A stretch of 63,410 nucleotides of DNA, counting the filler, from Octopus bimaculoides (Eukaryota): NCBI RefSeq assembly GCF_001194135.2. It is 4 parts of 3 records of this genome, joined end to end, with 100 filler letters (N's around TTAATTAATTAA, not from the genome) between each part and the next. Parts side by side here need not be neighbours in the genome. Positions count along the whole stretch, not along the records: positions 34,718 to 49,037 come from NC_069008.1; positions 49,138 to 63,410 come from NC_069000.1; 2 more parts are not named here. One strand, given 5' to 3'. The notes beneath the pieces were generated by a model. That model was not told where the DNA came from. It ran no database searches and saw only the letters and a list, made by a program, of their open reading frames with translations. The position numbers were made by a program, and so were the translations under genes. Shown here one piece after another: positions 37,960 to 49,781 of this stretch. Position 1 is the stretch's first letter. Each line of letters opens with the position of its first letter.

Positions 37960-38130
37960 TTTTTATGCGAAAATGGCTGCACGAATTTCTTCCATCCCGA
38001 GGACACATCAATAATTTGACCTCAGATACATAATAGGGTCTTCGTTTTATTTTTTTCTGTTAAAAATAAATAACTCTGCTTTATACATACATATATGTCA
38101 ACTTCCGGTATTGACGTAGCAACGGCGAAA
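37960..38130. promoter_or_regulatory. Candidate housekeeping-type promoter/enhancer
   Basis: Non-repeat CpG-rich patch with ACTTCCGG (ETS-like, 38101-38108), TGACGT (CRE half-site, 38112-38117) and AAAATGGCTGC (YY1-like, 37970-37980). Confidence 0.3.
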
Positions 38131-38542
38131 TTTTCCGTTTTCGTTTTGATGTATTCATTTCATGTTTTAATTCGCTATTTGCAAACAACTATGATAAATT
38201 ACTCAAAGAAATATTTACTAAGTTCACAAATTTAAAGTATTCGGTACAAGAGACTTTTTAACTAGCTTTTATTTATGCGAATTTTCCATTTCATGTTTAT
38301 TTCATTCATTGTTTGCAATATTCTCTCTCTATCTCTCTCTCTCTCTCTCTTACAAACACACATACACATGCACACACACAAGTCAGTCACACACATACAC
38401 GTGAGTTTTTTGTATGTACGTTTGTATACATTTATGTATGTGTGTTTCTAAGAGAGGGAGAGAGTGAGGCAGTTAAGGGGGTGTGTTGTCATGTATATGT
38501 ACATATATAAATACATATGCTTAATATTTATTGTATGTGTGT

Positions 38543-38592
<50 letters not shown>

Positions 38593-38609
38593 TGTCTAAG
38601 TGGCATTCA

Positions 38610-38642
<33 letters not shown>

Positions 38643-39394
38643 ACACATACATACATACAAAAAGATGTATGCATATCTATCTATCTATCTATATATATAT
38701 ATATATAGATAGATAGATAGATATGTATATTTATATATATATATATATATATATAATTTAGATTGGAGCCTGGTGTTGCCATCCGGTTTCACCAGTCCTC
38801 AGTCAAGTCGTCCAACTCGTGCTAGCATGGAAAGCGGATGTTAAACGATGATGATGATGATGATATATANNNNNNNNNNNNNNNNNNNNNNNNNNNNTAT
38901 ATATATATATGTATGTATGCCTGTAATTTATGTATATATGTACATATGTATGTATGTATATTATACAAACATGATAGTTTCTCATCCAGGATGAATGTAC
39001 ATAGGAATTTGCCCTCAAGCTACAAAGTGGGAAGGACAGATCTAGACATTATTGCATGAGCATGTGTACGTGTGTGCGTATGTGTGTGCGCACACGCGTG
39101 TGTGTGTGTGTGTGTACATGATTGTTTGATTATGTGTATGGGGGGAGGAGATGAGTGAGGAACAATGGACAAATGGATAAGTGGAGAAACTCTAAGAAAA
39201 TCCAGTTGACAGGAAAAGCACACCCATACACTTTAGACAAATGCACAGACAGATTCTCATATACATACACACACACACACACACATACACGTATGCATAT
39301 ATACATACACAAACACACACATTTCTAAAAAATGATGTTGAGTACAAAATGCTGCAGCAAGCAGTGAACTACATTACAATAGATACAAACATGT

Positions 39395-39768
39395 AGGCGC
39401 AGGAGTGGCTGTGTGGTAAGAAGCTTGCTTACCAACCACATGGTTCCGGGTTCAGTCCCACTTCGTGGCACCTTGGGCAAGTGTCTTCTACTATAGTCTC
39501 GGGCCGACCAAAGCCTTGTGAGTGGATTTGGTAAACAGAAACTGAAAGAAGCCCGTCGTATATGTGTGTGTGTGTGTGCGTGTGTCTGTGTGAGTGTCCC
39601 AACATCACTTTACAACCGATGCTGGTGTGTTTATCTCCTCATCACTTAGCGGTTCAGCAAAAGTGACTGATTGAATAAGTACTAGGCTTACAAAGAATAA
39701 GTACTGGGGTCGATTTGCTCGACTAAAGGCGGTGCTCCAGCATGGCCACAGTCAAATGAATAAAAGAA
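39395..39768 (+). mobile_element. SINE family A copy (well preserved); partial copies at 40040-40260, 43470-43615, 55860-56070
   Basis: AGGCGCAGGAGTGGCTGTGTGGTAAGAAGCTTGC..GGGTTCAGTCCCAC..GGCGGTGCTCCAGCATGGCC. Confidence 0.9.
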
Positions 39769-40310
39769 TATATACATACAAAAATGTCTAAGCTAATCTT
39801 TTTTCCAAAATATATATACAAATATGTCTGCACACACACACACACACACATACACACAGCTGGAGACACTCAAAAGAAAACACCACAGTTCAAACTCACA
39901 CACACCAAAAAGAAGGAAAACGTTAATTCCTTAATATAATTCTCAACAAGACATTTATCCCTGTCAAACCGTCCAACCCATGCCTGCATAGAAGGACGTT
40001 AAACGATGATGATGATGATGATGATGATGATGGTATATCTTTGATCTGTGTTTGTCCTCCACCACCACTTGACAACCAGAGTTGGTGTGTTTGTCTCCGT
40101 AACTTAGCAGTTTAGCAAAAGTAACTGATAGAGTAAGAACCAGATTTTTTTTTTGTATTTAAATAAGTACTGGGAGTCGATCCATTCTACTAAAAATTCT
40201 TCAACACGGTGCCCCAGCATGGCCGCAGTCTAATTAAGGAAACAAATAAAAGATAAACAAAAAGCAAAGGATTGAAAAAAAAAAAAAACCCCAAAAATTG
40301 GTCAGGTTTC

Positions 40311-40318
40311 ATACTCAC
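40311..40318 (-). other. 5' splice donor (phase 1) ending the TLNRD1 exon
   Basis: Minus strand ATT CTT G|GTGAGTAT; similarity stops exactly here and read-through gives only GEYET*. Confidence 0.75.
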
Positions 40319-41273
40319 CAAGAATGGCAGTTTGCTTCTCTTTAGATTCCGGGGAGAGGACGGCAGACATTCCAATAAACGGTTTCTCAATGGCAAACAT
40401 TACAAATGCATTGGCTGAGGCCACAACGGGTTCACAGAACGCCACACACCGACCCTGGTTGATAGGGGTCGGTTTGTTTTTGAAAGTCTTTATGCTGGAA
40501 ATCAAGCAACTGGCTGTAGCCGTGAGGCTTTTCACGCAGTGTTTGAACTGGTCTTGGTCTGAGCGGTCGTCTGTGTGCTCGCTAGCATGCCGACAGATGT
40601 TGGTCATGACAGCAAGATTTTTCGACAATTTGCTACAGACCTGTACCAGCACCTGTGGGTTGAGTTCGTTGGTCTTCGATTTGGTTATGTGGGCGCAGGC
40701 AAGCCGCACTTCTAGGCTAGCAAGGCTCGCCTGGTAGCGGTCAACAAGTCCTGGGATGGCTGGTGTTGTGTCAGGACAGCTGACCGTGACTAGATAGGCT
40801 GAATGTCCAGTGTTTTCTATCAGATCAATGACAATGTCAACCAACGATCTAATCTGGTTTGGCACATCGGTCCATTTTTTCTTTGCGGAATCAGACAAGT
40901 GATTTCTGCAACAACTCCGACGGCTATTAGAGTTAGTATTATTATTATCGTTATTATTATTTATATTAATGTTATTATTATTATTGTTACCCATGTTGTT
41001 GCTGCTGCTGCTGCTGCTGCTGCTGGTCTTGGTGCCACTGCTGCTGCACCCACTGGTGCAGGTGTGCGGTGCCGGTGCATGGCAGACCAAAGAAGCCGTG
41101 AGATTCTTGAGAAGGAGCAACAAAGACTGCATCTTTAGCAACACGTTGTCCCGGTAACGGCAGAAGTTGGCAGCAGCGCTGACAGCCGTTGACAGCTCTG
41201 CGTGCAGCGACTGATGCGAATGGTACTGGGAGAGATGCGGTGCGCAGGGTGGATACTGGCTTCCACCATCCCC
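40319..41273 (-). CDS. TLNRD1: Large coding exon of talin rod domain-containing protein 1 (TLNRD1/MESDC1) orthologue; 5' part runs into the N gap, 3' exon not located
   Basis: Frame is open from the gap edge (GDGGSQYPP...ANFCRYRDNVLLKMQSL) through HSAYLVTVSCPDTTPAIPGLVDRY, QFKHCVKSLTATASCLISSIK and QTAILG. These blocks match human TLNRD1 motifs as I recall them ([48 protein letters not shown]). Confidence 0.9.
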
Positions 41274-44200
41274 NNNNNNNNNNNNNNNNNNNNNNNNNNN
41301 NNNNNNNNNNNNNNNNNNNNNNNNNNNNNNNNNNNNNNNNNNNNNNNNNNNNNNNNNNNNNNNNNNNNNNNNNNNNNNNNNNNNNNNNNNNNNNNNNNNN
41401 NNNNNNNNNNNNNNNNNNNNNNNNNNNNNNNNNNNNNNNNNNNNNNNNNNNNNNNNNNNNNNNNNNNNNNNNNNNNNNNNNNNNNNNNNNNNNNNNNNNN
41501 NNNNNNNNNNNNNNNNNNNNNNNNNNNNNNNNNNNNNNNNNNNNNNNNNNNNNNNNNNNNNNNNNNNNNNNNNNNNNNNNNNNNNNNNNNNNNNNNNNNN
41601 NNNNNNNNNNNNNNNNNNNNNNNNNNNNNNNNNNNNNNNNNNNNNNNNNNNNNNNNNNNNNNNNNNNNNNNNNNNNNNNNNNNNNNNNNNNNNNNNNNNN
41701 NNNNNNNNNNNNNNNNNNNNNNNNNNNNNNNNNNNNNNNNNNNNNNNNNNNNNNNNNNNNNNNNNNNNNNNNNNNNNNNNNNNNNNNNNNNNNNNNNNNN
41801 NNNNNNNNNNNNNNNNNNNNNNNNNNNNNNNNNNNNNNNNNNNNNNNNNNNNNNNNNNNNNNNNNNNNNNNNNNNNNNNNNNNNNNNNNNNNNNNNNNNN
41901 NNNNNNNNNNNNNNNNNNNNNNNNNNNNNNNNNNNNNNNNNNNNNNNNNNNNNNNNNNNNNNNNNNNNNNNNNNNNNNNNNNNNNNNNNNNNNNNNNNNN
42001 NNNNNNNNNNNNNNNNATTACAAGGACCACAGTTAACAACAGTTAAATGAATACCTAGGAGGAGAAAGAATTTAACAAAACCTTCCAAAAAGCTTACAGT
42101 CCACTGTAGATTCTTTGAGCAGAGAAAGAATCCAAAAAGCCAGGAACAAAAGAATATCCAAAAACACAGTCTTCAGCAACACAGCAATCTTGTCTTTTAT
42201 CTTTTACTTTCATAAATTATTCCAGTCTTCATAATTTGTTCACATTTTCTTTTTTCTTCCTTTTTCTGTATTTTTTTGTTTTACAGTTATTTCTCCATTT
42301 TCTTGTGGTTCATTTGAGCCAATTGACGCCTTTCACTTGCAGTGTCTTTCTGGTTTCTGTATTTCGGTAGAGGCATGTTTCTCTTTTAGTTCAGCTGTAC
42401 TGTTTCAAAAAAACGAAGAAACAGAGAGTGAGAGAGAGNNNNNNNNNNGAAATGAAATAAAAAGAGTAGACATCAACATGAAAAATATTCACAAATTAAT
42501 TAAGTTGAACAATATTGGACTCAGTGTTATATGCAATAATTAAAATTTCTTAATTAATATATTAATTGAAATTTAGTGACAGAAAAACAAAAAAAAACTA
42601 ACACCAATTTCAAATAATAAAAACTTTCAAAAAGAAATGGAATGATTCTAGAAAACTTTAAAAATTTTTCTGATTAATTTACATGGTTACAGAAAGGACA
42701 GGCAAGGGGGATAACTGTGGACATGTTTCTGTATATTTGCCCTCATCAGTAGTGCATATTTTAACACTTTAGTAAACAAGCCCTATCCAACTAAAAAATA
42801 TCCAAACTGTTTTATGCTCATGCAGCCAGATCCTGCCCTTCATACCTACCCTACATTGTCATTTTAAAAATAGAGACATCATCAACGGCTCAAAGCTATG
42901 AGATAATACATGATTAATTCAAAACAATCATGCCGTGTAAAAACACCCATGGGGCGCCACATAAAAGTGCCTGTGCAGTGCCAAGTAAAAACACCCGATG
43001 CACTCTGTAAAGCGGTTGGCATGACTGGAGTCTAGTACAGCATCTCAGCTTGCCAGCTCTGGTTAGACCATCCAACCCATACCAGCATGGACAATGGACA
43101 TTAAATGATGATGATGATGGTGGTGGTGGTGATGAATCATTAAATTCAGATATAATTATAATGTACACCATTTGAAAGATATTTGCAGGAAATTTCATTA
43201 AATGATACCCATTTCCTGGCCCTCCCTTCATTCTCACCTTCCCTCCTCTTTCACTTCACTCTGTCCCTTTCCTTTTTTTCTCGCCCCTCCTTAATTCTTC
43301 TATCCCTCTGCCTCTACCTCTCTCCTCTCCTTCTACGTGACCGGTGTTCGGCCAAGCCTGACCTTTCTTTCTTGGTTCGACTACCATCCGTGCAACATCT
43401 ATATTCCTCCCCATGCCTGTCAGCTCTTATGCCCCTGTATATATATATATATATATGTATCTGTGTGTGTATGTGTTTGTCTCTCCAACATCGCTTGACA
43501 ACCGATGCTGGTGTGTTTACGTCCCCGTAACATTAGCAGTTCGGCAAAAAGTCTCCGATAGAATAAGTACTAGGCTTACAAAGAATAAGTCATGGCCACA
43601 GTCAATGACTGAAACTCAGCTTGCGAAGACTTATTGGGGCAAGCGAAAGCGAAATCGGGATAGCACCTGTGCCCAGCGTCGCCTTTCTGTCACTTGTGCC
43701 CGTGACATGTGTAAGGATTTTCAAGCGAGATCGTTGCCAGTGCCCCTGGACTGGCTCTTGTGCGGGTGGCACATAAAATACACCATTTTGAGCATGGCCA
43801 TTGCCAGTACCACCTGATTGGCCTTCGTGCGGGTGACACGTAAAAGCACCCACTACACTCTCTGAGTGGTTGGCGTTAGGAAGGGCATCCAGCTGTAGAA
43901 ACTCTGCCAAATCAGATTGGAGCCTGGTGTAGCCATCCAGTTTCACCAGTCCTCAGTCAAATTATCCAACCCATGCTAGCATGGAAAGCGGACGTTAAAC
44001 GTTGATAATGATGATGATGATATATGTAAATCAAAGTTAGAACAGAAAGAACACAACAAACGGAAGCCGACAAAATACAATATGTGGAAAAAAGGATGAT
44101 AGCATGATAACAGTGAACAGGACACAACAAGATCACATTAATCAATTGCAGCTAAGTGCCTCTTCGGTCGGAGTTCGGAATGTCTTCTTAGTTTCACTCA

Positions 44201-44434
44201 CTTATCTCCGATGCTACTCGAAACCAGCTGGGCCAGGGACTGAAGCTAAAAGCATTAAACCTCTGGGAAAGGCAAACGAATGTACATATACGAAAAGAAA
44301 GAAATAAACAACAACAGAAAAGGTCTTTCGACCGTCGGACGAACATAACATATGAAACAGAATTAGACGTATACAATGGACAAACACCTTTTGGCTATAC
44401 AAAAAAAGGGAGATAGTTAGACATCATTTAGTCT

Positions 44435-44820
44435 TTGACTCTTTTACTTGTTTCAGTCATTAGACTGTGGCCATGCTGGAGCACCACTTTGGGGATTCTT
44501 TTAGTTGAGCAAATTGACTCCAGGACTTTCTTTTTAAGCCCAATACTTGTTCTATCAGTCTCTTGTGCCGAACCGTTAAGTTACAGAGATGTAAACACAC
44601 CAACACCAGTTGTCAAACAGTTACAAAGACACACACACAGATATATATATATATATATACACGATGGGCTTCTTTCAGTTTCCATCTAGCAAATCCACTC
44701 ACAAGGCTTTGGTTGGCCCGAGGCTATCGTAGAAGACACTTGCCTAAGGTGCCACGCAGTGGGACTGAACCCGAAACCATGTGGTTCGTTAAGCAAGCTT
44801 CTTACCACACAGCCACAAAG
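44435..44820 (-). mobile_element. SINE family A copy
   Basis: Reverse complement, full length. Confidence 0.85.
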
Positions 44821-45222
44821 CCTATACACAAATCTTGTTCGCTCATGGTGAGATGGAAGATTTCCTTGGGAACGAGGGTTGAGGTAGGGTCGTGGAACAA
44901 AAACAAGGAAATAATAGCATTGGACTTGTTTTCAGTACATCTCATTGACTACAATATATATATAAACACACACACAAACGTGTGTGTGTGCTGTAGCAGG
45001 ACACTCCTATTAGATATCAACTGGATTACCACGATTGCACCACATATACGCACGCAACACACACATACCAATGCAAATACACGCACACGTACACACGCAT
45101 GTGTGTGTGTGTGAGTGTTATCAAAAGTGGCTGTTCACTTTGAACTTTGCTGTCACAAGCTAACTCGAAACTATATACAATATCCGTGTGTATTTGAGTG
45201 AGAATGTATGTGTGTGTGTGTG

Positions 45223-45408
45223 CGGAGTGCTGAAAAGTTCCTGTCACGAAATGCCTGGTTGAAGGCCCGACCTTCCGAGTTCTTTTAAAGGGCTTAGAAA
45301 AACTGAAGGACCTCTGCAATAAATGTGAACCTGAGAGGGGGGAATACGTTGAATAAAATCATAAATTAACTTGATCCTCCTGTATTTTCTTTTACCCAAA
45401 GCCAGGGT
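45223..45408 (+). mobile_element. mariner deletion derivative
   Basis: GAGTGCTGAAAAGTTCC TIR-like start then transposase C-terminus KGLEKLKDLCNKC..LRGEYVE* (stop 45354-45356). Confidence 0.65.
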
Positions 45409-45780
45409 ATACGTGTGAGTGTGAGTGTGTGTGTGTGTGTTTTATTCATTAAAGAATATCCATTTTTCTGAAAGCTATGAGGAAACAAAATCAGAAGGGG
45501 GCATATATGTGTGAGCCTGACTATATATATCAGAAAGAGAGATAGAGAGAGAGAATGTGTGCGTGTGCGTGAGAGAATATACATACATGTATGTGTGTGG
45601 GTGTATTTTATATATGCGGCATAACTAGACAAGTGTGCCCCTACCACCGATTTTTTTTGTTTCCTCATAACTTTCCAAAAAAGGGATATTTTTAAATGAA
45701 ATTTTCTATAAATACTTTTCAGAACGTGTAACTTACGACAAAAATTTGGTGGGGTCGTACACACACATATACACATCACA

Positions 45781-46026
45781 GGTAATCTTCAAGTTTAGGG
45801 GGATAAAAAAAAAAAAATTCAAGGGAAATAACTGAACGACTTACCAGTATTATCCGTTTTCTTCTAGCTGTTTATAAATAAATCACACCCTAACCCTAAC
45901 GTCAATCAAATCACGTGTGTGATTTATTTATAAACAGAGATGTACGGAGAATACTGGTAAGGCGTTCAGTTACTTCCCTTGAATATTTTTATTTATTTTT
46001 TTATCCCCCTAAACTTGAAGATTACC
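45781..46026. mobile_element. Palindromic MITE with 9-bp TSD (Mutator-like)
   Basis: GGTAATCTTCAAGTTTAGGGGGATAAAA... arms of about 107 bp in inverted orientation; TSD CACATCACA at 45772-45780 and 46027-46035. Confidence 0.9.
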
Positions 46027-46399
46027 CACATCACATATATCTACAAAATGTAACTTGAAATTTAGAGAAAAAAAATTATATATATGTGTGTGTACGAGTC
46101 TATTAACTTTTTTTTTCTGATTCCACTTTTCAGTCTAAATTTCGATCTAAACACTCTGGAAGGTATTTGTAGAAAATTTCATTAAAAAATGCCCATTTTT
46201 CTTTAAAGATGAAAACGAATTAAAGCCGACTCTTGCAAATTTTCCGAACCTCCTCGACCCGACCTCGGAAGCAAAAATGTTCACCAAAGATTCCGATACA
46301 ACTGGAGTCTTCAACACCTGAAGCATTTTTGTACAGAATTTCATTTAAGAATATTCATTTTCCTGGAAGTTATGAAGAAACAAAGGAACACACTTGTGT

Positions 46400-46880
46400 A
46401 GGTATGCCATGTGTATATATGTGTGTGTGTGTCTATGTGCGTGTACGTATACATTTATATCTAGTATGTATGTATGTACATATGTTGCATGTAATGTATG
46501 TATGTATGTAATGTGCGTACGTACGTATGTAATGTATGTACGTACGCATGTATGTAATGTATGCTGTATGTACGTATGTTATGTATGCATGTACTATGTA
46601 ATGTGTGTATGTATGTAATATATGTATTTATGAATGTACATATGTATGTATGCATGAATGTATATATGTATGTACGCACGTATGTAATGTATGTACGTAT
46701 GTTATGTACTTACTATGTAATGTATGTAAGGTGCGTACGTACGTATATAATGTGTGTGTATGTATGTAATTATGTATGCGTATGAAAGTATGTATGTATG
46801 TTTATGAATGTACGTACGTACGTATGTATGTATGTATGTATGTACAGACAAACGCACATGTATGTATATATGTGTGTGTA
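46400..46880 (+). repeat. Degenerate (TATG/TACG)n satellite
   Basis: Direct reading; similar TG/TA tracts at 25200-25530 and 35920-36230. Confidence 0.9.
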
Positions 46881-46901
46881 TAAAATTGTGGTTTCACTTA
46901 C

Positions 46902-47140
46902 GGTGAAATGCCCGAACACAGAACTACAACGACAGGCTCTCCAGTCACGACTATCCCGGTCTGCCCTGTGTCCGACGGACGAAGCAGATTTCACTGCTGC
47001 TGCTGCTGTGGTTGTTGATGTTATTGTTGCTGTTGTAATGGTCGTAGTGGCGGCGGCGGCGGTAGTGGCGCAATGTTTTTGCTTGCGTGATGCTTGTGGT
47101 GTGATATGATGATGGTGGTGGTGGTGGTGGTGGTGGTGGT
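46902..47140 (-). other. Candidate upstream exon (5' UTR or first exon), possibly of the TLNRD1 locus
   Basis: GC/CpG-rich island among AT-rich microsatellites, ending in ACC|GTAAGT at 46902/46901; 5' end lost in gap. Confidence 0.35.
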
Positions 47141-48012
47141 NNNNNNNNNNNNNNNNNNNNNNNNNNNNNNNNNNNNNNNNNNNNNNNNNNNNNNNNNNNN
47201 NNNNNNNNNNNNNNNNNNNNNNNNNNNNNNNNNNNNNNNNNNNNNNNNNNNNNNNNNNNNNNNNNNNNNNNNNNNNNNNNNNNNNNNNNNNNNNNNNNNN
47301 NNNNNNNNNNNNNNNNNNNNNNNNNNNNNNNNNNNNNNNNNNNNNNNNNNNNNNNNNNNNNNNNNNNNNNNNNNNNNNNNNNNNNNNNNNNNNNNNNNNN
47401 NNNNNNNNNNNNNNNNNNNNNNNNNNNNNNNNNNNNNNNNNNNNNNNNNNNNNNNNNNNNNNNNNNNNNNNNNNNNNNNNNNNNNNNNNNNNNNNNNNNN
47501 NNNNNNNNNNNNNNNNNNNNNNNNNNNNNNNNNNNNNNNNNNNNNNNNNNNNNNNNNNNNNNNNNNNNNNNNNNNNNNNNNNNNNGGCCATGCTGGAGCA
47601 CCGCCTTTTAGTCGAAGAAATCGACCCCCAGGACTTATTCTTTGTAAGCCTAGTACTTATCCTATCGGTCTCTTTTTATGCCGAACCGCTAATGTTACGG
47701 GGACGTAAACACACGAGCATCGGTTGTCAAGCGATGTTGGGGGGGGGGGACAAATACGGTGTCAAATGACTGAAACAAGTAAGTAAGTAAAAGAGTATAT
47801 ATACATACATATACACACACACACACACACAACAGAAGGATATGAGTTGAGGAACATTCGGCTGCTATTTCTAGCAGATCTAGCCAGCATGTAAAGGTCT
47901 CATTGGCTCATACATAGATACATAAGATTGTAGAATGTGAGCTAAGGGATATTTGGCTGCTATTTCTAGCAGATCTAGCTACCATTTAGAGGTCATTCTC
48001 ATTAGCTCATAC

Positions 48013-48045
<33 letters not shown>

Positions 48046-48703
48046 CATATATATACACATAAGAAAGACTAGTGTGTTGAGAGACATTCGGTGAAGATCT
48101 GGCTATTTCTACCATTCCAGCTGTGGCCATCCCTTTTTAAGGTTATATACAGAACTACATAAACCAAAGTGCCCTTCTCTCATTTAAAACAGTAGAGTGT
48201 GATTTGAGGAACAGTTTGCTACTCTTTCTAGCTGGTCAAGAAATCATTGTAAAGGTTCTTTTACTCAAAGACATTTCAGATATGGCCATCCCACATATGT
48301 CATGTGGCTGCCCTGTGCAATACACAAAACCCAATATATGCCACTGTGCAATTAAGAGTGCGAGATAATGTAATTAATTAAAATTGCTTTACAGAGCAAA
48401 AAATAACGAGCAAACTCTTAAAAAATAACCTAATTCTATGATGCATACAAAGTACATTATTCTACATACGTGTGTGTGTGTGTGTGTGTGTGTGTGGATT
48501 CAGTTGCCTAAGCTTGACGAACAAGCTTTGTTTAACGAGCCTATAAAACACTTTATTTGCACTGAGCCAAATCAAATTACTATTAAATTATAAAGATAAT
48601 GGTTTCGAATTTCAGAACAAGCCAGCAATTTCTGGCGAGGTGGGTAAGTTGATTATATCAACTCCAGCGATCACAGATGATGATAATGATGATGATGATA
48701 ATA

Positions 48704-48739
<36 letters not shown>

Positions 48740-48814
48740 CTTTAGAATTACCGCCAGACGAAATACCGCCAAGCATTTCGCCCAGCGTTCTAACGATTCT
48801 GCTAGCTCGCTGCC

Positions 48815-48847
<33 letters not shown>

Positions 48848-49137
48848 TGTATGTATATAGTGTACACAGTGGTGCTCAAGTGATTTGAACTTAAACCCCA
48901 ACATCTTTATCAAGGATTGGGTCCACAGAGTAAAAGGTGGCTGTAAGAGAAATTTGGGCGAGTTGATTCCGGAGATAATAATTCAGATAAACACAATTAG
49001 GCTTGACATATATATATATATGTATGTGTGTATATATNNNNNNNNNNNNNNNNNNNNNNNNNNNNNNNNNNNNNNNNNNNNTTAATTAATTAANNNNNNN
49101 NNNNNNNNNNNNNNNNNNNNNNNNNNNNNNNNNNNNN

Positions 49138-49202
<65 letters not shown>

Positions 49203-49781
49203 GTAACAATGATAATAATAAAGTAAGCTATTATATTTTCAGTAATGAAAGAAAGTGCCCTTTGTGAACTCATTTTTAACTGCACTATATTGAAAGTTAA
49301 AGTGAAAGCCAAACCGAAGCACTCTTACCCTGCCGAATTTAATGCAGACTGGTTAGTCAATTGTCTGAGTTTATACCCTCTCTGAACACCCTAAAGAAGA
49401 TATTGTGATAGACGGCTGCATTATGTGTGGTCACCTTTCAGCCAAACTGAAGCATACTTACCCTGCTCAATTCGATCCTGTTTGACAAATCAATCACTAT
49501 GAAGTCGCCCTTTTGAATCCTGCATCCATCTGCCCTGTAGTAATAATGAGACTATGAAATTCAATTGTTCTGCATAATAGTTAGACACAAAAAATTATAA
49601 TCTTTACCTAATTTCTCGTACTTATCCTGTAAAACATCTGTACGAATGTGGTTTGAGAACTGTCATTTCAGAGACCAACCTAATGTAAAGACGGGTTAAA
49701 CATTTATGAATTAATTTGAAATAAGCTAATCAAAGATATGCAGAAACTTACATTGATAAAGTCGACAGCAGTTGGTAATAC

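Noticed and set aside
45888-45899. Interstitial telomere repeat (CCCTAA)2
   Set aside because: Only two units, and they are internal to a MITE.
49140-49781. Helitron 3' terminus
   Set aside because: No GC-rich hairpin followed by CTAG/CTRR was recognisable, so the 3' boundary is left undefined.
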